DNA of 64,000 nt from a phage, in the sequence record PQ536907.1; one strand, written 5' to 3'. A program made the position numbers and the translations under genes. Under the pieces are notes generated by a model. The model had not been told where the DNA came from and searched no databases. It worked only from the letters and a program-made list of their open reading frames with translations. Below, piece by piece: positions 1 through 8,808 of this stretch. The number at the start of each line of letters is the position of its first letter. Position 1 is the stretch's first letter.

Positions 1-1
1 T

Positions 2-196
2 GAACAATTTTTAACGGTGAGCGATATGTTATCCAAATGCTTGCTTAAGGTCAATGATGAAGTTAAAGAAATTAATTTTCTTGAGATGCCAGCATTCGTT
101 TTAAAATGGGCAAATGATATTTTTACAACTTTAGCAATTCCTGGCCCTAATGGTCCAATAACTGGAATTGGCAATATTATTGGATTATTTGAATGA
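2..196 (+). CDS. 28: Baseplate hub protein gp28, C-terminal fragment (5' end lies outside the window)
   Basis: Open frame from the window edge to TGA at 194-196, overlapping the gene 29 ATG (ATGA); position upstream of gene 29 matches T4 order 28-29-48-54. Confidence 0.5.
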   Translation, partial: EQFLTVSDMLSKCLLKVNDEVKEINFLEMPAFVLKWANDIFTTLAIPGPNGPITGIGNIIGLFE

Positions 197-1965
197 AAAA
201 GCCACAAGAAATGCAAACGATGCGTAGAAAAGTTATTTCAGATAATAAACCAACACAGGAAGCGGCTAAATCCGCTTCCAATACTTTATCTGGACTTAAC
301 GATATATCTACAAAATTGGATGATGCTCAAGCTGCTTCTGAATTAATTGCTCAAACTGTCGAAGAAAAATCGAATGAAATAATTGGAGCAATTGACAATG
401 TAGAAAGCGCAGTGAGTGATACTACTGCTGGTTCTGAGTTAATTGCTGAAACTGTCGAAATTGGCAACAATATTAATAAAGAAATCGGTGAATCACTCGG
501 AAGTAAATTAGATAAATTAACGAGTTTACTCGAGCAAAAAATCCAGACAGCCGGAATTCAACAAACAGGAACTAGTTTAGCTACGGTTGAAAGCGCTATT
601 CCTGTTAAAGTTGTTGAGGATGATACAGCTGAATCTGTTGGTCCTTTATTACCGGCTCCTGAAGCAGTTAATAATGATCCTGATGCTGATTTTTTCCCTA
701 CCCCTCAGCCAGTTGAACCCAAACAAGAATCGCCAGAAGAAAAACAGAAAAAAGAAGCATTTAACTTAAAATTATCTCAAGCTTTAGATAAATTAACAAA
801 GACTGTTGATTTTGGATTTAAGAAATCCATTTCAATTAGTGATAAAATATCAAGCATGTTATTTAAGTACACCATCAGTGCTGCTATTGAAGCCGCTAAA
901 ATGACTGCAATGATATTGGCTGTTGTTGTTGGAATAGATCTGCTGATGGTTCATTTTAAATATTGGTCAGATAAATTTTCAAAAGCCTGGGATTTATTTA
1001 ATACTGACTTTACTAAATTCTCTAGCGAAACCGGAACATGGGGTCCTTTATTACAGAGCATCTTTGATTCTATTGATAAAATTAAACAACTTTGGGAAGC
1101 GGGAGATTGGGGTGGATTGACAGCAGCTATTGTTGAAGGACTCGGAAGTGTTCTTTTTAATTTAGGAGAGCTTATTCAATTAGGTATGGCTAAATTATCT
1201 GCTGCAATTCTTCGAGTCATTCCTGGTATGAAGGATACCGCTGATGAAGTAGAAGGAAGAGCATTGGAAAATTTCCAAAATTCTACTGGAGCATCTCTCA
1301 ATAAAGAAGACCAAGAAAAAGTTGCAAATTATCAAGATAAACGAATGAATGGAGACCTTGGTCCGATAGCAAAAGGATTAGATAAAATTGCTAATTGGAA
1401 AACTCGTGCATCTAATTGGATTCGTGGGGTTGATAATAAAGAAGCACTAACTACCGACGAAGAACGTGCAGCAGAAGAAGAAAAATTAAAGCAGCTTTCA
1501 CCTGAAGAAAGAAAAAATGCTTTAATGAAGGCTAATGAAGCACGTGCCGCGATGATTCGTTTTGAAAAATATGCTGATTCAGCTGATATGAGTAAAGACT
1601 CAACGGTTAAATCAGTTGAAGCTGCCTATGAAGACCTTAAAAAACGAATGGATGACCCGGATTTAAATAATTCACCGGCAGTTAAAAAAGAACTTGCTGC
1701 TAGATTTTCTAAAATTGATGCTACTTATCAAGAGCTCAAGAAAAATCAGCCTAATGCCAAACCTGAAACTTCTGCTAAATCACCAGAAGCAAAACAAGTC
1801 CAGGTAATAGAAAAGAATAAAGCACAGCAAGCTCCTGTTCAACAAGCATCTCCTTCGATCAATAATACTAATAATGTTATTAAGAAAAATACTGTCGTTC
1901 ATAATATGACACCCGTAACGAGCACGACTGCTCCTGGTGTATTTGATGCGACTGGAGTTAATTAA
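193..1965 (+). CDS. 29: Baseplate hub / tail-length determinator (tape measure) gp29
   Basis: 590 aa, the T4 gp29 length; central hydrophobic segment; followed by 48 and 54 as in T4. Confidence 0.88.
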   Translation: MKKPQEMQTMRRKVISDNKPTQEAAKSASNTLSGLNDISTKLDDAQAASELIAQTVEEKSNEIIGAIDNVESAVSDTTAGSELIAETVEIGNNINKEIGESLGSKLDKLTSLLEQKIQTAGIQQTGTSLATVESAIPVKVVEDDTAESVGPLLPAPEAVNNDPDADFFPTPQPVEPKQESPEEKQKKEAFNLKLSQALDKLTKTVDFGFKKSISISDKISSMLFKYTISAAIEAAKMTAMILAVVVGIDLLMVHFKYWSDKFSKAWDLFNTDFTKFSSETGTWGPLLQSIFDSIDKIKQLWEAGDWGGLTAAIVEGLGSVLFNLGELIQLGMAKLSAAILRVIPGMKDTADEVEGRALENFQNSTGASLNKEDQEKVANYQDKRMNGDLGPIAKGLDKIANWKTRASNWIRGVDNKEALTTDEERAAEEEKLKQLSPEERKNALMKANEARAAMIRFEKYADSADMSKDSTVKSVEAAYEDLKKRMDDPDLNNSPAVKKELAARFSKIDATYQELKKNQPNAKPETSAKSPEAKQVQVIEKNKAQQAPVQQASPSINNTNNVIKKNTVVHNMTPVTSTTAPGVFDATGVN

Positions 1966-1973
1966 GGAATAAT

Positions 1974-3068
1974 ATGGCAATTGTTAAAGAAATAACTGCT
2001 GATTTAATTAAAAAGTCCGGTGAGAAAATTTCAGCCGGACAGAGTACTAAATCAGAAGTAGGAACTAAAACATACACTGCCCAGTTTCCAACTGGGCGTG
2101 CTAGTGGTAATGACACTACAGGGGACTTCCAGGTAACAGATCTATATAAGAATGGATTATTATTTACTGCATACAATATGTCATCTAGGGATTCTGGAAG
2201 TCTTAGATCGATGAGATCTAACTACTCTTCTTCATCTTCGAGTATTTTACGTACAGCTAGAAACACTATTAGTAGTACAGTATCAAAACTATCAAATGGA
2301 TTAATATCAAATAATAATTCAGGAACAATAAGTAAATCTCCTATCGCAAATATTCTTTTACCGAGATCTAAATCTGATGTTGATACATCATCACATAGAT
2401 TTAATGATGTTCAAGAAAGCCTCATCAGTAGAGGCGGAGGTACTGCTACTGGTGTGCTAAGTAATATTGCTTCAACCGCAGTATTTGGGGCGCTGGAAAG
2501 TATAACACAAGGTATAATGGCTGATAATAATGAACAGATTTATACGACAGCCAGAAGTATGTATGGTGGTGCTGAAAATAGAACTAAAGTGTTTACATGG
2601 GATTTGACTCCACGTTCAACAGAAGATTTAATGGCTATTATTAATATCTATCAATATTTTAACTATTTTTCTTATGGTGAAACGGGTAAATCTCAATATG
2701 CTGCTGAAATAAAGGGATATTTAGATGATTGGTATCGTTCTACGTTAATTGAACCTTTATCTCCGGAAGACGCAGCTAAAAATAAAACACTATTTGAGAA
2801 AATGACATCGAGTTTAACTAACGTTCTAGTAGTTTCAAACCCGACAGTTTGGATGGTGAAAAACTTTGGTGCAACATCTAAGTTTGATGGAAAAACGGAA
2901 ATATTTGGCCCATGCCAAATACAGAGCATCAGATTTGATAAAACACCTAATGGTAACTTTAACGGATTAGCTATTGCTCCAAACCTCCCTAGTACATTTA
3001 CTCTTGAGATTACTATGAGAGAAATTATCACGTTAAACCGTGCTTCTTTATATGCGGGGACTTTTTAA
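1974..3068 (+). CDS. 48: Baseplate tail-tube cap protein gp48
   Basis: 364 aa, matching T4 gp48; synteny 29-48-54. Confidence 0.88.
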   Translation: MAIVKEITADLIKKSGEKISAGQSTKSEVGTKTYTAQFPTGRASGNDTTGDFQVTDLYKNGLLFTAYNMSSRDSGSLRSMRSNYSSSSSSILRTARNTISSTVSKLSNGLISNNNSGTISKSPIANILLPRSKSDVDTSSHRFNDVQESLISRGGGTATGVLSNIASTAVFGALESITQGIMADNNEQIYTTARSMYGGAENRTKVFTWDLTPRSTEDLMAIINIYQYFNYFSYGETGKSQYAAEIKGYLDDWYRSTLIEPLSPEDAAKNKTLFEKMTSSLTNVLVVSNPTVWMVKNFGATSKFDGKTEIFGPCQIQSIRFDKTPNGNFNGLAIAPNLPSTFTLEITMREIITLNRASLYAGTF

Positions 3069-4033
3069 TGTATTCTTTAGAGGAATTTAATAATCAAGCA
3101 ATAAACGCAGATTTCCAGCGTAATAATATGTTTAGCTGCGTTTTTGCGACAACTCCATCAACTAAAAGCTCTTCGTTGATAAGTTCAATTAGCAACTTTT
3201 CTTATAATAACTTGGGTCTAAATTCAGACTGGTTAGGATTGTCTCAAGGCGATATTAATCAGGGAATTACCACGCTAATTACTGCTGGCACACAAAAACT
3301 GATAAGAAAATCAGGGGTTAGTAAATATCTTATTGGTGCCATGAGTCAACGTACAGTTCAAAGTTTATTGGGCTCATTTACAGTTGGTACATATTTAATT
3401 GACTTCTTTAATATGGCATATAACTCATCTGGATTGATGATATATTCTGTAAAAATGCCAGAGAATAGATTATCCTATGAAACTGACTGGAACTATAATT
3501 CTCCTAATATTCGTATAACTGGAAGAGAATTAGACCCTTTGGTTATTTCATTTAGAATGGATTCAGAAGCTTGTAACTATCGTGCAATGCAAGACTGGGT
3601 TAACTCCGTTCAAGACCCAGTAACTGGACTGCGTGCTTTGCCACAAGATGTCGAGGCAGATATTCAGGTTAATCTTCATTCTCGTAATGGATTGCCTCAT
3701 ACTGCGGTGATGTTCACCGGATGCATTCCAATATCAGTGAGCGCTCCTGAGTTATCATATGATGGAGATAACCAAATAACTACATTTGATGTTACTTTTG
3801 CGTACAGAGTGATGCAGGCTGGAGCGGTTGATAGGCAAGCTGCGCTTGAATGGCTTGAATCTGCTGCTATAAATGGTATTCAAAGCGTTCTCGGAAATAG
3901 TGGAGGTGTTACTGGACTATCTAATTCGCTTTCACGACTTAGTAGATTAGGAGGGACTGCTGGAAGCATTTCAAACATTAATACTATGACAGGAATTGTT
4001 AATTCGCAGAGTAAAATATTAGGAGCAATATAA
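3068..4033 (+). CDS. 54: Baseplate tail-tube initiator gp54
   Basis: 321 aa (T4 gp54 about 320 aa); start overlaps the gene 48 stop; synteny. Confidence 0.88.
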   Translation: MYSLEEFNNQAINADFQRNNMFSCVFATTPSTKSSSLISSISNFSYNNLGLNSDWLGLSQGDINQGITTLITAGTQKLIRKSGVSKYLIGAMSQRTVQSLLGSFTVGTYLIDFFNMAYNSSGLMIYSVKMPENRLSYETDWNYNSPNIRITGRELDPLVISFRMDSEACNYRAMQDWVNSVQDPVTGLRALPQDVEADIQVNLHSRNGLPHTAVMFTGCIPISVSAPELSYDGDNQITTFDVTFAYRVMQAGAVDRQAALEWLESAAINGIQSVLGNSGGVTGLSNSLSRLSRLGGTAGSISNINTMTGIVNSQSKILGAI

Positions 4034-4037
4034 CAAT

Positions 4038-4066
4038 GGGGACCTTTCGGTCCCCATATTTTTATT
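4038..4066 (+). terminator. Rho-independent terminator after gene 54
   Basis: Stem ggggacc / loop tttc / ggtcccc followed by a T-rich run (atatttttattt), directly after the gene 54 stop. Confidence 0.6.
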
Positions 4067-4352
4067 TACGGAATGAAATGAAAGCAGAAACTGAAGCAAC
4101 TAAACTGTCTTCAATATAAACTTCAATTTTTACCGGAGCTTCTGACTCGAATTTACCTGTTACTACACCTTGGAAAATACTTTCAGTTTGTTCTGGCTTT
4201 GAAAAATTTTCAGAAGGAAAAATTCCGAACTTTTTATCTGTTCCAAAAATTTTGATAAATTCATCATAAACTGCTTCATTAAAAGCATTATCAGCAGGAA
4301 TAACGCCTTCAACTACAAGTTCTTGACCCAAAAAGCGCAAAGAAGATTTCAT
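4062..4352 (-). CDS. Hypothetical protein (96 aa), first ORF of the 54-alt interval
   Basis: ORF with ATG start, preceded by an early-type promoter and leader; position corresponds to the small alt.-n ORFs of T4. Confidence 0.5.
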   Translation of the reverse strand: MKSSLRFLGQELVVEGVIPADNAFNEAVYDEFIKIFGTDKKFGIFPSENFSKPEQTESIFQGVVTGKFESEAPVKIEVYIEDSLVASVSAFISFRK

Positions 4353-4360
4353 TTTGTGTT

Positions 4361-4413
4361 CCTCATGTTATGTCAGTAAGACTACTATAACACAACACGA
4401 GGGACTTGTAAAC
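4361..4413 (-). promoter_or_regulatory. Early-type promoter plus 5' leader cassette (repeat copy 1)
   Basis: On the - strand: GTTTAC, about 17 nt, TATAGT-like -10, then leader ending in a GAGG ribosome-binding site; about 50 nt near-identical to 19682-19734. Confidence 0.5.
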
Positions 4414-6470
4414 TACATCTTGAACTTTTTAGACATTCCGTTGATGTTAACCAAAGAAGCCAAGATTTGAGAAACTTCGTTTTCCTCTTCTTTTGATTCT
4501 TCTACAAGGAATTGATTAAATCCAGCCATTGGACGAACTTTACCAGTTTCCATTAAATGATCGCCATCATATACTGATTCTTCTAATTGTTCAGAAGGAG
4601 GAACGATTGTACCTTCGATTAGATACTTGTTATAAGCAGTTTCTTTCATAAAGTACGTACTTACTTTATTAATCTTCAGTAAAATTCCACGCGGTAGAAT
4701 AACTTCAGCTTCTGATGGAAATCCTGATAAATGACCTGGAACGATAACTTTGATTCGCTCAGCCCCTTTAATTACCATACCTACGCTAGTTTCAGCATCT
4801 TCATTGGCATATGTAGAATGACTACCCATATGCATTAAATCTTCTGCATCAACGGAACCTTCTCCTTCGCCAGAAAATACTGCGCCGGAATCATCTAGAG
4901 CCATATAGTTTTTACCATGCTCACCGAAGATATTTGGTTTAAGTGATGTCGATACGAAGTTCTTGAAATAGAACATTTTGTTTTCAATGTTATGACGCAA
5001 AGTTTTAAAGGTAACTTCTTGTCCACGGTAAAGTGTAGTTCCTGGAGGAAGAACTGATCCTTTGGCAAAGGCAGAATCTAACGTCTCGATGTGATTAATA
5101 GCTCTTTCCATGTATTCTTCACGGGTAGAATCTGGTTTACCCAAAAGGAACGAGTTCATTTCAACATATGAATCTGCACAATAATCTTCAATTACATCAG
5201 ATTCAGCCTGAGTCAGTCCTTTTGGAGTTACTTCGGTGCTTGCGTATTCATATGCCTGAGCAGCAGATTCATTAATCAATTTATAAATGCCATTCATTAC
5301 AAATTGAATAATAGCTGTCTTTTCATCTGATGTAGCTTTAGAATCTTTAACTAAATCATTGATAATTTTCTTAATAACATCAAAGCTATTAGAAATATTA
5401 ATGTCAGCAAGATCGCTTAAAATTTTATCAGTTTTATAATCAAAGAATTCTTTATTCTTTAAATATTCTTGAGAACCTTGATATGTTATATCGCTCTGCA
5501 GCTTGATAGATGGATCGCGTAAACGTGCATGGGTCAATGCAATATGATTTCGGAAACTTTCTAGTTCATAATCATTAGATTTAAAACGAGAAGCACTTCT
5601 CATACCACCGATAGCTCCTTTGCTGAAGTTTGAACCAATCTGGATAACGCCAGAGTTCATTGGTCCTTCTGCTTTATATACCGGAACTTTAGATTCAAAC
5701 TCTTGATATTTCTTGGCAGCGAAGCTATCACCCTGAAGTGAAGCATCAACAGTAGAATATTGAGCTTGTGCTGCTAATCGACGACTAATTTTAGTTTTCT
5801 GAATAACAGCTTGATCAGTGCGCTTATCATTTTCTAAAGCAATAGAAGCAGCAACAGCGACAGCTTTAGGAACAGCATTACCTGTTTTAACGTCTACATA
5901 AACATCACCAACCTTTGATTCAACTTTTGTGAATAACTCAGTTGAAATAGGAGGTACACCTGGAATGTCTTCTAAATTGGCATTTTTACGGTAAACCATA
6001 ATATATGCATATTTTTTATCATAGTCCCAGATTTCCTTTAAAAGAACATATCGACCTGCTCCCTTAGTACGTACTAAACGGTCAGCAATAACTTGCATTT
6101 GACGAGCTGCGCCATTTGTTTTACTTTTTAGTACGCGGAATAGGCATGCGTCGATTTTATACTGTTTCATTGTTTGAAGAGCAGTATCAAAAACAGCATT
6201 AATGACGCCAATTGGATTTCCACCCAAGTTTCTAAGCTTAACCAGCGATAATTTCTCGTTGACACCTATCATTACGATATGCATCATTTTATCGCCCGGC
6301 TTAACGTTTTTATTTGTATCACCACCGGAGGTGTATGTACAAAATCTAAATCCAGGAAGCACGCTTTCTTCGCCGACTTGAATAGCAAAAATTTGTGGTA
6401 TTTTATGCTTAGGATTTAAGTTAACAACCGGCGCCGAAGCGCCGTCAAATAATTCTGTAATAAGTTCCAT
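4413..6470 (-). CDS. Alt-like mono-ADP-ribosyltransferase paralog (685 aa)
   Basis: N-terminus MELITELFD...LNPK.KIPQIF shared with the neighbouring Alt; C-terminal R-S-E motifs (LYRG, STS, EAEVILPRG). Confidence 0.8.
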   Translation of the reverse strand: MELITELFDGASAPVVNLNPKHKIPQIFAIQVGEESVLPGFRFCTYTSGGDTNKNVKPGDKMMHIVMIGVNEKLSLVKLRNLGGNPIGVINAVFDTALQTMKQYKIDACLFRVLKSKTNGAARQMQVIADRLVRTKGAGRYVLLKEIWDYDKKYAYIMVYRKNANLEDIPGVPPISTELFTKVESKVGDVYVDVKTGNAVPKAVAVAASIALENDKRTDQAVIQKTKISRRLAAQAQYSTVDASLQGDSFAAKKYQEFESKVPVYKAEGPMNSGVIQIGSNFSKGAIGGMRSASRFKSNDYELESFRNHIALTHARLRDPSIKLQSDITYQGSQEYLKNKEFFDYKTDKILSDLADINISNSFDVIKKIINDLVKDSKATSDEKTAIIQFVMNGIYKLINESAAQAYEYASTEVTPKGLTQAESDVIEDYCADSYVEMNSFLLGKPDSTREEYMERAINHIETLDSAFAKGSVLPPGTTLYRGQEVTFKTLRHNIENKMFYFKNFVSTSLKPNIFGEHGKNYMALDDSGAVFSGEGEGSVDAEDLMHMGSHSTYANEDAETSVGMVIKGAERIKVIVPGHLSGFPSEAEVILPRGILLKINKVSTYFMKETAYNKYLIEGTIVPPSEQLEESVYDGDHLMETGKVRPMAGFNQFLVEESKEEENEVSQILASLVNINGMSKKFKM

Positions 6471-6473
6471 GAT

Positions 6474-8570
6474 TTATCCTTGAACGAACTTGTAAGGCAT
6501 GTTTGTAATATCTATGCAAGACGCAATAATTCCAAGAGATGATTCTACTTTCTGTTTAACGTTTGATGAAACAAATGATGCAAAGTCAACTCTGTCTTCT
6601 ACTTCAATATCACCTGTCATTGCAACTACTTCACCGGTTTCCATTAAATGGTCTCCGTCATAGATTACCGATTCGGTGAGCTCTTCCGTAGTCATAACTT
6701 CAGCTTGAATGAGTTTTGTATTATTAGATGTTGTTCCGTCATTATTAGAAGCATCAGTTATTTTATTAACTTTGACCATCAATCCACGCGGTAGAATAAC
6801 TTCAGCTTCTGTTGCTATTCCGAGACTTCCTGGATATACAACATTAACTTTATGAGCTCCATCAATTGCCCATCCTATTTGAACTTTAACGTATTCAGGA
6901 TTTTCTTTATACGCTCTTATTTCGTTTGGATTAATAGTTATTCCTTCTTCATTTTTATCAACTGTCAATTCATTACGAGCTTCTGGTTCTAAAAGACCAA
7001 TACCAGCATGTGTAATTCCAAAACGCCCAAAAATGATAGGAGTTAAAGAAGTAGATACAAAATTTCTGAAATAGAACACTTTATTTTTAACTAGCGCTTC
7101 GTATATAGGAGCAGTCATACTTTGAGCACGATAAACTGTAATGCCTTCCGGTATGCGGTCACCATTTTCAAAAGCTGAATCTAAATTATTTATAGCAGAT
7201 TCAATTTCTTTTTCACTCATTACATCATATCGTTCTGGATTGTAACGACCTAAAAGAAGATTATTGATGTCAGTATATCCTGAACCACAATACTCTCTAA
7301 TGCCGCGCTTTTGTGATGGAGTATATTTAGAACCATCACGGGCAATAGTAATATCAATCATTGGACCTGCACCAATTCCAGAAAAACTATAAATCATTCT
7401 TTTGAGGAATTTAGTTTTTGCTGCATTCCAGGCATTTTTAGTTATTTCTTCCCAGACTTCATCTGGCTGCCCTTTACGAGTTTTATTATGTTTATCAAGC
7501 CAATTATCTTTATATTCTTCAAAGAGTTGATTAACAGCTGCTGCGTATTTCTCTAAACATTTTATTGAAGTAGTTGGTTCATTTTTAATCGCATTAAGAA
7601 TTACATCTTTAATTTTTTCAGAAACTTCATTAACCTCACTTTTTGAAAAGAATTTATAGTCATAATGAAGTTCATCTGCAGTTCCTTCAGCAATAATTTT
7701 TGCTGCCTTAGTTTTAGAAGCTAATGAATTAATTCCAATTTTCATTTCTTCTGCTTCGGGAATTAAAGGTGCAGTAGCTGGTTTATTAAAATTAGCTGCT
7801 GTAGATTCATACTTCTGGAATAATTCACTTTCAAATCTAGAAGATTCCAATGACTGGCTTTGTGCAATTGCTCTACGGGAAATTTTAACTTTAACGATTA
7901 CAGCTTGGTCAGAACGTTTATCATTTTCTTGTGCAATAGATGCTGCAATTGCCTCATTTTTGGTTACTTGGGCTCCAGTATCTTTATTGATATAAACATC
8001 ACCGACTTTCGATTCAACTTTAGTAAAGAGCTCGGTACTAATTTCCGGAACTCCTGGAATGTCTTCTAGTGATACATTTTTACGATGTATAAGAATATAT
8101 GCATACTTTTTATCGTAATCCCAGAGTTCCTTAAGAAGGACGTATCTGCCACCTGAACGACTACGGATAAGTCTATCAGCAATAACTTGAATTTGTCGAG
8201 CTTGACCAGCGGTTTTAGACTTAAGAATACGAAGCATACAAGCATCAATTTTATATTGACGCATTGTTTGCATTGCAACAGTAAAAACTGAATTGATATA
8301 ATTAATTGGGCTTGGACCAAGACCTTTTAATTTAGCAATTGAACCTTTAGCAGTTAATGTAAAAGGAACGATATGCATCATTTTATCGCCCATTTTTAAA
8401 TCGCGATTAGTATCACCTCCAGATGTATACGTGCATAAACGAAAGCCTGGTTGTTCAATTGCATCATCAACATGAACTGAAAAAATTTGTGGTATTTTCT
8501 TCTTTGGATTTAAGTTTGTAATCGGAAGAGTAGTATCTTCGTCAAATAATTCTGTAATGAGTTCCATCAT
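6474..8570 (-). CDS. alt: RNA polymerase ADP-ribosyltransferase Alt (698 aa), capsid-packaged type
   Basis: N-terminal MELITELFD resembles a capsid-targeting sequence; C-terminal R-S-E motifs (YRA, STS, EAEVILPRG); adjacent to the ligase as alt is in T4; late promoter upstream. Confidence 0.8.
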   Translation of the reverse strand: MMELITELFDEDTTLPITNLNPKKKIPQIFSVHVDDAIEQPGFRLCTYTSGGDTNRDLKMGDKMMHIVPFTLTAKGSIAKLKGLGPSPINYINSVFTVAMQTMRQYKIDACMLRILKSKTAGQARQIQVIADRLIRSRSGGRYVLLKELWDYDKKYAYILIHRKNVSLEDIPGVPEISTELFTKVESKVGDVYINKDTGAQVTKNEAIAASIAQENDKRSDQAVIVKVKISRRAIAQSQSLESSRFESELFQKYESTAANFNKPATAPLIPEAEEMKIGINSLASKTKAAKIIAEGTADELHYDYKFFSKSEVNEVSEKIKDVILNAIKNEPTTSIKCLEKYAAAVNQLFEEYKDNWLDKHNKTRKGQPDEVWEEITKNAWNAAKTKFLKRMIYSFSGIGAGPMIDITIARDGSKYTPSQKRGIREYCGSGYTDINNLLLGRYNPERYDVMSEKEIESAINNLDSAFENGDRIPEGITVYRAQSMTAPIYEALVKNKVFYFRNFVSTSLTPIIFGRFGITHAGIGLLEPEARNELTVDKNEEGITINPNEIRAYKENPEYVKVQIGWAIDGAHKVNVVYPGSLGIATEAEVILPRGLMVKVNKITDASNNDGTTSNNTKLIQAEVMTTEELTESVIYDGDHLMETGEVVAMTGDIEVEDRVDFASFVSSNVKQKVESSLGIIASCIDITNMPYKFVQG

Positions 8571-8590
8571 ATCCTCTCTAGTGTTTATTC

Positions 8591-8598
8591 TATTTATA
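8591..8598 (-). promoter_or_regulatory. Late promoter (TATAAATA) upstream of alt
   Basis: Exact TATAAATA on the - strand about 20-28 nt upstream of the alt ATG. Confidence 0.55.
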
Positions 8599-8619
8599 AA
8601 ATTAAAGGCCCGAAGGCCT

Positions 8620-8808
8620 TTAATAATCTAGTGGTAAGAGAGTACGATATATTTCAAACTTTGGTCCTTTTTCATAGGCATCAAATGTTTCTGTAAATTT
8701 ATTATAAGCGTATGCATCTACAAATTCGAGAATGACTTGTGATACAGAAGTAGAAACATCTCCACCTTCTTTTTGAGCAATGACAATTGTTTCTAAGTAA
8801 GCTTTCAT
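8620..8808 (-). CDS. Hypothetical protein (62 aa), translationally coupled to DNA ligase
   Basis: ATG overlaps the ligase stop (ATGA); stop lies inside a GC hairpin (aaaggcccgaaggccttt). Confidence 0.45.
   Translation of the reverse strand: MKAYLETIVIAQKEGGDVSTSVSQVILEFVDAYAYNKFTETFDAYEKGPKFEIYRTLLPLDY

Noticed and set aside
587-769. Track ORF of 60 aa embedded in gene 29 in another frame
   Set aside because: Entirely inside the confidently assigned gene 29; low-complexity translation; no ribosome-binding site.
7860-8069. Track ORFs on the + strand (7860-8069) and - strand (8066-8320) inside the alt gene
   Set aside because: Antisense or out-of-frame within a strongly supported 698-aa ORF; typical AT-rich spurious frames.
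4413-8570. The tandem Alt paralogs as a toxin-immunity or polymorphic-toxin cassette
   Set aside because: Both carry the same capsid-targeting-like N-terminus and are co-transcribed from a late promoter, and no small immunity-like ORF sits between them; paralogous injected effectors fit better.
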